NCBI GenBank assembly: GCA_002189035.1
Contig: CM007991.1
Coordinates: forward strand, 3,658,001-3,722,000
From: Utricularia gibba
Taxonomy: Eukaryota > Plantae > Magnoliophyta
Length of the DNA: 64,000 bases
Direction of reading: 5' to 3'
The position numbers and the translations under genes are program-made. Positions 24,686-39,547 of the stretch are shown in pieces; positions within the stretch are counted from its first letter, which is position 1, and each line of letters begins with the position of its first letter. The notes under the pieces are model-generated. The model was given only the letters and a program-made list of their open reading frames with translations. It ran no database searches and was not told the DNA's origin.

Positions 24686-24976
24686 TCTCAATCCTCAAAA
24701 TTCAACCGCGATTCCAGACAAGTGTCCCTACTAGTGACAGCGGATGAGGGCTTGCGAAAACCCTGAGTCCAAAATCGTAGAATCAAGAGAGAAAACTCTC
24801 CGATCTCCGTACCGCCGACGCAAACCTAGGGCGCGCTGGTTCGCTACAAGCAACTACCTTTCTACTTTCACAATTTAAATAATAAATTTTATTTTCGTAT
24901 TAGTAAAATGAATATAAATTAAATAATGGAGCATCATTAAAAAACACACGGCATATTATCCATAAATTCTAATACT

Positions 24977-26521
24977 CTACAACCGATGATGCCTGTTAAA
25001 CAATCTCCGGCCACAAAAATGCCGATCTCCGCCTTGTATCTCACGTCTCTTCGCCGTATTCCGAACGACCACCGTGTCGGAAATCGGAGTTGTACAGTTT
25101 GCGCGAGCGTCCAACCACGCTATAATGTCCGAGAACACAAGCTCTACATTGCTATCGGGTTCCCCTGAAGTCAACCCATGCCACATCCCAGGATACAGCT
25201 TCATCGTCTTGTCCATGCTGCCGGCTTTCTCGTATAGTGCCCGGCTCACCTCCGGGTCCGTCACCGTGTCGGACTCGCCGTGGAGAACGAAGAACGGCAT
25301 CGTCACCTGATGAATCAGACAACAGAAGATCTGAGCGCTCGAGGAACATGCCGGGCTAGTTCAGTTAAAGGATGCAGAGCAATGCCTCATGCAGACTCTG
25401 CTCAAGTTCGATGCTTGTGCGAAGCAGTTCCAGCGCAGTTTTTAAACGGGGCTTGCCCTGATATATCAGCCCATTGCTGCGTATCTGCACCGGAAATCAG
25501 AGGGCATTCATGAACAAAGTAAAAGCTTCTGTGTCTGATACGCAGGGGAGAGTGAGCTCGCTCACCTCTTCTCTTTTCCCGAGGTCTTTAAAGGCTGAGT
25601 CTATTACATCACTTGCAGGAACTATCTTCCATGTTGGTATCATGTTTTCGACCAGAGTAAGCAGGCTGATTACCATTGGATTCGGCTTCATCTTCTCCGA
25701 TATCTGCAGGCCCGAAAGGCGACAGATCAGAAGCGGCTGAAAAACGTGATGAAGATGATTTCAACCTTGCACATTGGGGCAACAAGCACCACTCCATCCC
25801 AGAACTTGGGGTCTTTCTTGTGTATCAGTAAGGCAACTGCCCCTCCCATTGATTCTCCATACAGGAATCTCTTCTTCCCTCTGAACTCTCCTTGTTCTGC
25901 AAGAGAAACTGATTCGCGGCACATTGGAAGGTGGAAGAGGGGATTGATTGTTGTACTCACCGGAGATGAACTTGAAGTGGTTACTGCAATCTGAGACAAT
26001 GTCTTCAAACTGCTTGATGTAACAGCGGGGTCCCATGGATCGACCATGGCCTTCGTAATCTAATCCGAAAACGGAAAATCCATGAGACGCCAGCTTGATT
26101 CCCACCCCTGGAATTACAGACAGATTCCAATGTTTTGATCAGAAAAAGAATCGATCTTGCTTGCGGTAATGATCCAGAAAAAAGAAAGTGTTCAAATCAG
26201 TCACCCTTCATGAAATTACTGCATTCCATTCCATATCCTGAAAACACCATTAAATTCGCATCAGGGGAAATGCTGTAGCAGACCAAAAGAAACCCATGTA
26301 CAACAGAAAACAGAGACCGTGACAGAGGAATACGAGAGCCTTGGGAGGAGAAACAGGAACCCATCGGCAACTAAACAGCTCTACTCCACGGCTGTTCTTC
26401 ACGTACTCCTGAAACGAAATCACGCATATCAACAAAAAATCCGCAAACCCAACATCGGTAAAAAAAAAAAAAAGAAGAAGAAGAAAGGAAAAAACCCCAC
26501 TTCATGATAATCAAACTCCAT
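24977..26521 (-). CDS. Monoacylglycerol lipase / caffeoyl-shikimate-esterase-like alpha/beta hydrolase, 8 exons
   Basis: MEFDYHE|EYVKNSRG, VFLCHGYGMECS, nucleophile motif GESMGG, HGESDTVTDP and LYPGMWHGL. One GC donor at 25385. Confidence 0.92.
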
Positions 26522-27293
26522 AATATGATGGTTCCTGTTATGTGAATACGAGAACAGGAAGGAACTCCTCAAAATTCGCAAGTTCTGAATCTGGTCAAAG
26601 GGAGAGGCGGCGGCGATGGCGGGTAAGAAAACAAAAAGGCAGCATTATCTGTTTGCGTCCATCTCGGCGGCTACTTGATCGTTATCACGCCACCTCGAGA
26701 AAGAGAAGAAACATTTTAAGAGGAAATCGTGGCCGAAGCGTGTGATTCTTGGGCTTCAAAACCAGACGGTAGCGTGTCTGCCTGTCTCTCCCGCCTGAAA
26801 CTTTCTTCCTATCCATTTTCATCTGCATGCTCTGTATAGTAATTTCGAAGATAAAGTTGTTGGGCTGGATTGACAGGTAATTGATGGGCCAGAAAGCCCA
26901 TCTTTCCTGAACCGCTACGGTTCAATGAGCCGGTCCAAGTGGGAAAAAAGCGTTGGCAGTTGTACGGTTCACTCTTCTTCCCTTTTTCCCCTCCGCCTCT
27001 GCTGTCTTTACCTCTTCCAACGTCCATGAAAAATGGTGGTTTAGGGTTTTATTTCACGGTAAGATCCAGAAATTTCAGATGGCTTGAAAGCCATTTGTGC
27101 TATCAATTCTCTACGTTGACAGTTATAGGGTAGAATCTGTCGTCAAATCCTCAATTTCTTGGTTTCTCGGTGGCGGAGACCAGGGGATTCGCTCCCTCCA
27201 TCCTGAATCGGTGTTAATAGAGCCCTTTGTGCTGTCATTTATCTGCGTCGTTTTCTCGCAGGCATTCTTAGGTGTGGACATTGAAGGGTATCG

Positions 27294-28062
27294 ATGGCTG
27301 ATAGACAGCTAGCTGAGCCACCTATGGCCGCCGCCGCCCCCGACGATCAACAAGCACAGTCTCCACGTGCTTTGAAGGGGGATATGATTTCATACGTGAT
27401 GGCGTTGGAAGCCGCCCTGTTGCCTTGCTTGCCTGCCAGAGAACTTCAGGCCATCGACCGCTCACCACATCCTTCTCATCAGAGTGAGCACTAACTGCGT
27501 TAACAATTTCACACGCTGGAAAAATCCAGTGAAGTCATTGCCTGATTCAGTACCTATATTCACATCATTCGGTGCGGGGGATGATCGTAGCTGTCAATGT
27601 TTACCTAATTTGCGCTGTTGTTTGTTCATGAGCAAACTTTTTCGTATGTCGTGAAGTGTTCGTGGACACTTGGGATTGATCTCTTTGCCACTCAACAATT
27701 GAAAATTCACATTTTTTTTGGTAAAATGTTGCAGTTGATGTTGAGAGGCATGCGAGGGACTTCATGGAGGCAGCTAAAAAGCTGCAACTGTATTTCATCG
27801 GGTTTCAGCGTGAGGAGCAACCTAACAGGGCGGAAATGCTGAGAAGGGTCCTTAGATTAAGTCCATTTTCAAGATTTCCGTGTTTCACTCTATCATGGTT
27901 CTTAGATCATGAATTGTGCTTCTGCAGGAGATATCGAAGATGGAAGAGGAATTGCAGACCAAGACCGAACTGATCAAGAATCAACAGAAACAAATCGAAG
28001 AATGGAAGGCAGAGCTGCAAGAGCAGCTAAACAAACACAATGCTGAGCTAGATAGAGTGTAG
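27294..28062 (+). CDS. MED28: Mediator subunit 28, 3 exons
   Basis: LLPCLPARELQAIDRSPHPSHQIDVERHARDFMEAAKKLQLYF is the plant MED28 signature. Ends NAELDRV* at 28062. Confidence 0.9.
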
Positions 28063-28439
28063 ACATCAAGTTGCAGTCACTAGTTTGAAGTAGCACTCTG
28101 TATACATTCTATGTTCGATTCTTGCCCTCCGGAGGCATTCAAATGCTGGTTGGTGTTTCGTTACAATGACTTCAAATCTGGTTGTTGGATGTTGCTAGTA
28201 GATTATTTCTTGTTCGCAGGAGATGCTCAAACTCAGTGGTTTATTACACTACTACAACCGGTGTGGCAACTCTGAAAGTTCCCAAGATGGACCCTTGCTC
28301 GCCGGAAGCACTCGGAGGCGGCGGGTTATTAAATTACATAGCAACTACAGGATACAAACGGATTCGCAGAATCGGAAAATTTCGTGGGCATGTCCTGGAG
28401 CAAAAGCTTGATATGGTGCTCCGGCGAATCCAGTCTTGC

Positions 28440-28937
28440 TCAAGCAGACAAAATACCTTGAGTACGCAGATTCCAGCTCCTGGCGCCTCCCTTCAAATTC
28501 ACACAGTTAAATCCGCAACCACACTGCGGACTTTCTTCGAAGCTATCCACCGGAAAGTCAGCCGACAGAATTCCAACAGAGAATTCGAGCTCATCTTCAA
28601 CCTTACTCACCCGAACGATATTCAACCAGAAGAACAGAACTTTAACCTGGATTCCGCTCAGATTCGTGATCCGATTACGTGAAATCGTTCCGGTGATGGT
28701 CGACCGGTACTTGAGTTCGTACCCCTGTATGGTGAAGCTGCAGGTCTTGTTCAAGTAGACAGAGAATTTCCCGGTAGCAGAGTCGATTTCGTACTTGCCG
28801 ACGCCCAAGGGCAGTAGACCATCTGGGAAACCGTACGACTCAAGTACTTCGTACACGGTGAGGCCCTCGTCCGCAGCAGTCGGAGAGGCCGCAACGGCGC
28901 CGGCGACGCAAAGGATGAGAAACAGAAACCTCGCCAT
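28440..28937 (-). CDS. DUF538 family protein with signal peptide, intronless
   Basis: Signal peptide followed by YEVLESYGFPDGLLP and GIQVKVLFFWLNI, which are DUF538 motifs. Confidence 0.9.
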   Translation of the reverse strand: MARFLFLILCVAGAVAASPTAADEGLTVYEVLESYGFPDGLLPLGVGKYEIDSATGKFSVYLNKTCSFTIQGYELKYRSTITGTISRNRITNLSGIQVKVLFFWLNIVRVSKVEDELEFSVGILSADFPVDSFEESPQCGCGFNCVNLKGGARSWNLRTQGILSA

Positions 28938-29640
28938 TGGGTAGCTTCAAAATTCAATGCGACGGTAAAGAAAGTTCTTTATGGATGAGCTACAGCGCAG
29001 TGGTTGGTTGGTGGACTCCCCCCCTTTCTCCAACGGTTAGGTTTCCTCGTGCTCTAATTAATTAATCATTTTCTTTCGTTTTTTCTTAATTCTGATTTAT
29101 TTTTTATAAATGAATATATATCTTATAATTAAAATTAAAAATATATAAACTACATAGGATGTATCTGATAATTGTTTGGAGTTTTAGTTGTATGATTTAA
29201 AATAAAATATAATTTATGTATTTAAATTAAAATATTTTATATTGATATGATATATATAAATATTTTTTATTGTTATCAATAAAAATATGTAGAGTATTTA
29301 AAATTGTTTTAAACTAAATTTAAATTATACTATCAAATATTCATATTAAAAAGTATATCCTTAAAATTATCTATAAAACACAAACATATTTATTGTAAAT
29401 TGTATTTAGAATAAATTAAAATTTATTTGATTAAAAAAATTTACCTAAAATGAGAATTTTAAAAAATATGATATAATCTACCAATTAAATTATTTTATAA
29501 ATCTATTCCACGTAGTTGCCAAACAAGTCAAAGGGTTCTTTGAAAAGGCAACAATTAGGCAGGAGGTGCTGGTTGTTTTTTCTAGGGCTTTCTTTACTCA
29601 TTAAAATGGCATTGCAGAATGCGGAGTCTCCCAAAAGGAG

Positions 29641-30769
29641 ATGCCATCCATGGAGAAGCAATTCCAACACAGCATGATCGCCACCAACGGCATCAACCTC
29701 CACGTGGCGGAGATCGGCGAAGGTCCCGTTATCCTCTTCCTCCACGGCTTCCCGGAGCTGTGGTATACGTGGCGCCACCAGATGGTGTCCCTTTCGAAGC
29801 GGGGATACCGCGCTGTCGCCCCCGACCTCCGCGGCTACGGTGACTCCGACGCGCCGCCGTCTGCCTCCAGCTACACTGCGTTCCATATCGTCGGGGATCT
29901 GATCGGGCTTCTCGACGCTCTGGGCTTGGATAAAGTGTTCTTGGTTGGGCACGACTGGGGAGCGAAAATTGCCTGGCACTTTTGTCTTCTACGCCCGGAT
30001 AAGATTAAGGCGTTGGTCAACACCAGCGTTGAGTACTCCCCCAGGCATCCCAAGTACAAGCCTGTGGAATCGCTGCGCCGTACTCTCGGCGACAATTTCT
30101 ACATCTGCAAATTTCAGGTTCTTTTCCCCTGTTTTCGGATTTCTTACCTTGGTAGCGGATTTGGGTGTCTGAAAGGATAGCTGATTGTCAGGAACCCGGA
30201 GTGGCTGAGAGAGAATTCGCCGCCATGGGCAGTGCGACGGTGCTCAAGAAACTCCTGTCATCGAGAAGCCCACGCGCGCCACGACATCCCGAGGGGGCCG
30301 GATTCGGACCTCCGCCGAAGGAACCCATCGTGTTGCCGCCGTGGCTGTCCGAAGACGACATTGAATACTGTGCCCGCAAATTCGACAAGACGGGATTCAC
30401 CGGCGGCCTCAACTACTACAGAGCTCTTGATTTGTAAGCCCGGAGCCTTGATTCTAATGAGTCCGATTAGCCTGAAACAGAACCAAACATTGCTAATTGC
30501 TTCGTGTGCACTGTGAATGTAGAACCTGGGAGCTGATGGCACCATGGAAAGATGTGGAGATAAAAGTTCCGGTGAAGTTCATCGTGGGCGATCTGGATCT
30601 CACTTACCATTTTCCGGGAGTCAAGGAATTCATACACGGGGGAAGATTCAAGAAGCACGTCCCCTTTCTACATGAGGTAGTAGTAATGGAAGGAGTAGCT
30701 CACTTCCTCAACGAAGAGAAACCAGAGGAGATCAGTCAGCATATCTATGATTTCATCCAAAAGTTCTGA
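29641..30769 (+). CDS. Epoxide hydrolase (alpha/beta hydrolase), 3 exons
   Basis: FLHGFPELWYTWRHQ, GHDWGA, GFTGGLNYYR and VAHFLNEEKP. Confidence 0.95.
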
Positions 30770-31671
30770 TCTTGCTGCTGAAGGTTCAGTAAACCAGCTA
30801 CCCCTGATCATAAAAAGTCTTCACCTTCACCCCATTTTCGAATTCATACATCCTGCTGAGTGTCTGAAACACTTCACCAGCAATAAATTACCCCTTTAAG
30901 CATAAATGAAAATTTTCCAACTCGGTAAGCCTTGAGAACCTACGCCCATTAGCATGAAATAAGTTTAATTTAATTGGATTTAAATAAATTTGATATAAAG
31001 AAATCAAAATTTTCGATATTATTTAATTCTTGAGATTAAAAAAGTGATTAATTGATTTTAAGTAAAATAAGAAGGAGATTGGGTTTTAAACCAATTTTAA
31101 CATAGGATTAAGAAAACTCGTATAATTCTGAAATTATTAAAACTATTAATTAAATATATTATAATTTATAATCTTAATTTTAATCTCATGTTTATTAAAT
31201 CATAATTGAAATATTTTGAATTAGGAATTTAATATTAAATTAGATAAATCATAATTTAATTGTAATTAACCTTTTATTTACAATTTTTAAGTTTTTAAAA
31301 CATCAATAAAACTTTTTTCTAATTATTCTCATAAAGCAAATGTAAGTAATTAATTAAATAATACTTCTAAATATATATATAAATATAAATAATTAAATAA
31401 ATTATCATATCAAAAGTAATTAAAAATGAATTTACTAGTTTTATTTTAATTTTAATTACATGTTTTAAAATAAAACAAAATTTATTAGTTTATAAAGCAA
31501 ATGATTTCTGAAGATGGAAAACGGATTCCTGGAATCTAATTCAATAAATTCGCATTAGATGGGCCCTTTATTAGGCCCATGGGCCACTCTTGTACGCCAC
31601 CCCAGGAGATAAATAAGTGCTCTGGAGGCTGTAGCTGTACAATCAGTCTTTGAGAGTTCAGCATCTGCGAA

Positions 31672-34600
31672 ATGTCTAGTCTTCTTCTTCCTTCCTTGCT
31701 GCTTCTTTTTCTGCTAGCCACACTTTTTTCTTTGCTCTTCCACCCCAAGTTTCCCCATAATTCTCCGATTGCCCCCAAAAGCATTCACTTTTACGAGCAC
31801 CTACAGCTGGCGGAAACCGCGTGCGATGGTACACTGTACACCGACCTCTGCGTCTCCACCGTCTCCGCTCTGCCGGAACTGCGGCAGAAGACGTTGCCGG
31901 AGGTCATTGCCGCCACCGTCAACGCCACTATGAAGGAGGTTAAATCTGCCTCCTCCAACTGCAGTGGTCTCCGGCGGAAGCTGAACAGGAAGCTCCAGCC
32001 GATGGAGCTGCGAGCGCTGGACGACTGTCTGGAGCTGTTCTCCGACACGGTGGAGGAACTGGAGAAAATACTCTCGGATCTGACAGCCGACGCCTCCCCG
32101 GCCAGATACTACGACGATCTGCAGACGCTCCTCAGCGGCGCGATGACGAATCAGTACACTTGCCTCGACGGTTTCGTGTACACGAGCAACACCACGCGCC
32201 GGTTAATCGAAGGCCGCCTGAGGAGGATCTCCCGCCACACGAGCAACGCACTCGCGATGGTACGGAAGCTGAAGAAAAGAAGCAAAAAAGATCCAGAGAA
32301 AATGCACACCGGCGGTTTCCCTCACTGGATGAAGAAGAGCGACCGGCGAATCCTGCAGTCCACGAATCAGACGGTTTACGATCTGGTAGTTGCCAAGGAC
32401 GGGAGTGGAAATTTCTCGAGCATTAATGACGCGCTCAACGCCGCGCCGAATAACAGCAACACGCGTTTCGTGATTTACATCAAAACGGGCGCGTACTACG
32501 AGTACGTCGAGGTCCCTAGAACCAAACCGATGATGATGTTCCTCGGCGACGGAATCGGGAAAACTCTCATCAAGGGCAATCGCAGCGTCGTCGACGGCTG
32601 GACCACCTTCCGTTCCGCCACCGTCGGTAAGTCCGCCCCCCTCTCTCACTCAATAAAATTACCATGCTTAATTTTACCTAGATTAAAATTAAAAGGTAAA
32701 TTAATTTTAATAAAGTGAGATAATATCCCGTCTATTTTTTATTGTTATATATTTATGTCGTGAATTCCTCGTGGAGTTCGACCTGGTTCATTCCATGTGT
32801 CCGTAACTTATGCACTGGGGTGCAATTTATTGATATTTTAAAAAAGATATTTTAAAAAATTGATTATTTATAACCATAAATGCCTGAGCGGTTCACTAGA
32901 CCACTATTTCTGTTCCTTTTTCCCTTTATTACTATAAGGGGAAAAAATAGAACATGAAAAGCAAAACCCGGTCGACCAAGTACTCTTGGGACACGTTTCT
33001 CTGCTTGCTTTCTGCTTTCAATTATTGTGCACTTTGACATTATTGCTTTTGAATGTGAAGTAAAATGAGTTGGGAAATTTTCAATTTTTATAAATCATAA
33101 TAAAAATAGTTTTTTTTTAATGAATTGGGCATGGGAAGTGGCTGAGCGAGACATCTGGGTGCCTCGATGGTGACAGGTGTTGACATCCACTTTGGTCATA
33201 AATTTAATATTAATGTTGGTGTAATATCACACATAGGTGATATATTTATCATAATTTGATGTGTGAAATGAATAATATTGCATGTGAATCATTAGAATTG
33301 ATCTATTTGTTGGTGATAAATCGCATGTTCTATATTTTTAATTTCTGCTTCCGTTTCAAGCTACATAGAATAAAATTAATTTTAATCTTATGAGAATATA
33401 GTTAATCTTAAAATTAATTTTTTTGAATGCTAGTATATAAAATTTGCTAAAATAATATACATGTATATTAAAGTTTAATGTTCTAATGTAAATATATTTT
33501 TATATTATATAAATATTTAATATCATAATTTTTTGTAATAATTTTTTACTTATAATAATAACATAGATTTAATAATTCAGTAAGTCAATTATAAAATTTG
33601 AATTTACCTTAGAAATTAGTAAACTATTTGTATTGATTATAATATTTTTCAAATACGAGTAGCTGATGTTTATGTGTTTGTAATTCATAATTAATATCAT
33701 TTTCAAGATTGTTTTTCAATTTTTTTAAGTTCATAATTTATAGTATTTTAACATTAGTTAGTTTTTTATTGTGTAAATTATGAATTTCTAAATATTAAAA
33801 TTGAAATAGATTTCCAGAATCTATCAGCTTAGGCTAGATGGAGAATGATGAAAGCTGGAGGAATGATAGGATTAGGCAGGTGGAGGCACCGCCTACTCCC
33901 ATTATTGGCGGGTGGTTGACCTTTGAAACTATGCGCATTTGCTGTATTGAGGCCGATAATTCGGAACAACTTGTTGCATGTTGCTTCGATTTCGTCGCAT
34001 GGCAAGTTTTCAGTTTCTGTGTTGATGGTTGATGTTGATGCATTGCAGCCATCGTGGGGAATGGCTTCATCGGTAAAGGAATCACCTTTGAGAACTACGC
34101 CGGCCCAACGAAGCACCAGGCCGTCGCCGTCCGCAGCAGCGGCGATTTCTCAGCCTTCTACCGGTGCAGCTTTGTTGGGTACCAGGACACGCTCTACACC
34201 CACTCCCTCCGGCAATTCTACCGCGAGTGCGACGTCTACGGCACCGTGGATTTCATCTTTGGGAACGCGGCAGTCGTGTTCCAGGGCAGCAAACTCTACG
34301 CCCGCCGCCCCCTGGACAACCAGCAGAACATCTTCACTGCCCAGGGACGCGACGATCCGAATCAGAACACTGGAATCTCCATCCTCAATTGCAAAGTCGC
34401 CGCCGCCGCCGATCTCCTCCCCGTCGTGTCCCAATTCCGGTCCTACTTGGGCCGGCCGTGGAAGGAATATTCCAGAACCGTCTTCATTTTGTCTAAGGTG
34501 GAAGAAGTCGTGGATCCCAAAGGGTGGCTGGAATGGGACGGCGATTTTGCCCTATCCACGCTGTACTACGGCGAGTACATGAACCACGGACCCGGTTCGA

Positions 34601-34749
34601 ATACGAGCTCCCGGGTCACATGGCCGGGTTTCCGGATAATCAATAGCTCCACGGAAGCGAATCAGTTCGCCGTCGAGAATTTTATTGACGGGAAACTGTG
34701 GCTGCCGCAGACGGGGTTCCCGTTTTACCTGAACTTGACGGCGACCTGA
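31672..34749 (+). CDS. Type I pectin methylesterase with PMEI pro-domain; exons 31672-32626 and 34049-34749
   Basis: PMEI motifs ([23 protein letters not shown]), [27 protein letters not shown] and LGRPWK. Confidence 0.96.
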
Positions 34750-35147
34750 CCGACGAAGCAGCTTCACCGCCGTTCTTTTGTTCTTAATAATTTAAACTGG
34801 GTTTGGCCCATTTCTTCTCCGAGCCCATTCCTCTTTCAAATTCGACCGTTGGCCACGCCTTGTGTACTAACCTCTTTCACCATGTGAGGTCCCAGTAATG
34901 TGATTCTCTTTCACCCGTTGAGGGAAGTTTCTGCTTCACCTACGAGCTTCCCCACCATTTATTCTAAGGAGAATGTCGTTTCCGGATGCGAATGACGCAC
35001 CTTATTATAAAGGTAGCAGCTTTACCAGTTTTCCGTCTATAAATGCCCCTTGCTCCAGCGCTTTCTCCTGAACTACCCAATTGGTCTGAACTCGAGTCTG
35101 TGACTTTCCCTTCCTTCTCTGTTGTTTACACTTTTGTCAACGGGCAA

Positions 35148-37224
35148 ATGCCTCTTCCTTCTCTGTTGTTTCTGGGTTTCCTGCTGTTTTCACACTGCAC
35201 TGCCTATTTCACTCCGGAGGGCAATGCGGCGTTTACCAGCCGCCGTCGCCCCAGGGCACCCGCTCATGATTACAGAGATGCTTTGTCCAAATCTATACTG
35301 TTTTTTGAGGGACAGAGGTCCGGGAGGCTGCCGGCTAACAAGAGGATCACATGGAGAGAAGATTCTGGGCTTTCCGATGGCTCTACGATGCATGTAAGCT
35401 TCCGCAAGCCGTTTCATTTAATAACCTGTTACTTTGAGCTCGGAAAAAGAAGAGTTTTTGAAGGTCGGATTTGTCAATGTAGGTGGATTTGGTTGGCGGC
35501 TACTATGACGCCGGAGACAATGTGAAATTTGGGTTCCCAATGGCGTTCACAACCACCATGCTTTCATGGAGCGTTATTGAATTTGGTGGGTTGATGAAAG
35601 GAGAGCTGCAGAATGCTAAACAGGCTATAAAGTGGGCTACTGATTATCTCCTCAAGGCCACAGCCTTCCCGGACACCATTTTTGTGCAGGTGGTTCCTCT
35701 TACTTTGACAATCACTTGGAGATGAACAGCATCACTGTATACAGGTTTTTGAGCTCAATTTGCTTGTAGGTGGGAGATGCGGGGAGAGATCACGCGTGTT
35801 GGGAAAGGCCTGAAGACATGGATACTCCAAGAACTGTGTTCAAGATCGATAGAAGCACTCCGGGGACAGAGGTGGCGGCTGAAACTGCTGCCGCTCTGGC
35901 CGCAGCTTCTTTAGTGTTTCGAACTTCAGACCGTGGTTACTCCAATCTTCTTGTCCGAAGAGCCATCAGGGTATGTGTAGACCATTAGAATCTCTCTGCT
36001 AAGTTCAAAAAAACTGAGCTTTCAGTTTTCCAGGTGTTCCAGTTCGCTGATAAGTACAGAGGGTCTTACAGCAATCGTCTGAAGGCTTATGTCTGTCCCT
36101 ATTACTGCGATTACTCCGGCTACCAGGTGAAGCTCTTCTTTCCAGTTTCTTTCAAGTGAATGATTCACAGTAAATGATGTTGATCTTGCTGTTTCATGAT
36201 CAAAGGATGAGCTTTTATGGGGAGCCGCTTGGTTGCATAAAGCCACCAGAAATCCCATTTTTCTTAAATACATACAAGCAAATGGAAACATTCTTGGAGC
36301 TAGTGAAACTGATAACACATTTGGTTGGGACAATAAGCATGTTGGTGCCAGGATTCTTCTCTCAAAAGTACTTACTTCATCTTCACTTTCCATCATTATC
36401 TCTATCCTCATCTTCATTGTCCTAAAAAGAAGATGCATTCTTCCTTTTCAGGCATTTCTTGTCCAAAATCTTCAGCCTCTTCGTGATTACAAGAGCCACG
36501 CAGACAACTACATCTGCTCTGTGATTCCAGGGACACCTTTTTCCAATGCGCACTACACTCCAGGTAATCATCACAACCCGAATTCTACCACTTATCCATT
36601 CACTACAAAGAACATGCGAGTGCTATCATTCTCGTTCTTCTCTGTCTAGGAGGGCTTCTGTACAAGATGAGTGATGGAAATTTACAGTATGTTACATCCA
36701 CTGCGTTCCTTATAGTAACCTACTCCAAATACTTATCTTCTTCGCACAAGGTGGTGAACTGCGGTGGCACAATCATCACTCCCAGAAAGCTCAAAGGGTT
36801 TGCCAAGAGACAGGTTCTCTTCTCCTCTCCACTGCCTTAGTTTAACAAAACTACCAACTTTCATCTCAGAAGTTCTGTGCCTTTTTTCCAGGTTGATTAC
36901 ATCTTAGGAGATAACCCAATGAAAATGTCGTACATGGTTGGGTACGGATCAAGGTATCCCCTGAGAATTCACCACAGGGGATCATCACTCCCTTCTGTGA
37001 AAGCCCACCCTTGGAAGCTCAAATGCTCCTATGGCTTCAGCTTCATGCATTCGCCTTCTCCCAACCCAAATATCCTCGTCGGCGCTGTCGTCGGTGGACC
37101 GGACAAAAACGACCGCTTCCCCGACAGGCGGTCGGATTACTTTCACTCCGAACCGGCCACCTACATCAACGCCCCACTGGTCGGAACCCTGGCATATCTA
37201 GCACACTCCTCCGGGCAGCTCTGA
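35148..37224 (+). CDS. GH9B endo-1,4-beta-glucanase, 8 exons
   Basis: [40 protein letters not shown] and [12 protein letters not shown]. The start could be 35043 or 35148. Confidence 0.95.
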
Positions 37225-37884
37225 GGAGACAGCATCATCGGAAAAAAAGCAACAACCTTTAACAAGAAGCATGATTCTGGTTGATGTGTAGGGACTTGAT
37301 CGCATTGTTTAGGGAGTATATTACAGTATCTGATCGGCAAACCGAATTGTACGGGCGAATCTTCCTGCTTCCTTACTGCTCAATACCATTATTTGTTCTG
37401 ACAGACGCCCAAGCACCCAATCACAAGATTCTTACACAGCATTTGAAATTGAATCTTAAATTTCAAATATTTGTAATAATTATTATCTACAATATTTTAA
37501 TTTATATTGTACTCAAATTTGGAAAAGATGGATTTATTTATTATAATTGAATATATATACCAAAATACTGATTATTAAAGATAGATAATATTATATAGCA
37601 AATAAATATTGATAATATAAAGGTTTGTCTTTCACCATCTTATGATAAATAAAATTAATAATATTATTTTTCATTGAAAATATTATTAGTAGGTGTTATT
37701 TAATATAAAGTAACATTTTAGGTTATACCAAACAAAATTTAAGAGGAATAATTTGGATGCATGTGCATGTGCATTTCTTGACCGTTGGGAGCTTGGAGTG
37801 TAGGATGGATGAGTAAAAGCGTTTTGTCCATCACGTGATTATGCGGACTGGCGACTATTTATATTGGTGAACCGAGTTGCTACG

Positions 37885-38043
37885 TGGGCCGACGTAGTAT
37901 TGGGCTTGGCCCGATAAATGCTATATATATAACTCGATGGGTGAAGTGAGGCCCAAATATATGCTCGAAAGGTGGAAACCGCGATGTATTTAAGAACTCG
38001 GCCCATTAAAAGGTTGCTGGTTATATCCATACCCTAAACCTAA
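37885..38043 (+). promoter_or_regulatory. Ribosomal-protein-type promoter (site II motifs plus telo-like box) of RPL19
   Basis: TGGGCC 37885, TGGGCT 37901, GGCCCA 37950 and 38000, and an imperfect telo-box ACCCTAAACCTAA at 38031. Confidence 0.6.
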
Positions 38044-38075
38044 TAGCCGCACAGAGTCGACGGGCGACGGGGGAA

Positions 38076-39547
<1,472 letters not shown>

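Noticed and set aside
21010-34582. Long antisense or alternate-frame ORFs in the track (21010-21639, 28182-28682, 32203-32649, 33923-34582)
   Set aside because: They are shadows of GC-rich real CDSs (UXS, DUF538, PME) with no recognisable motifs.
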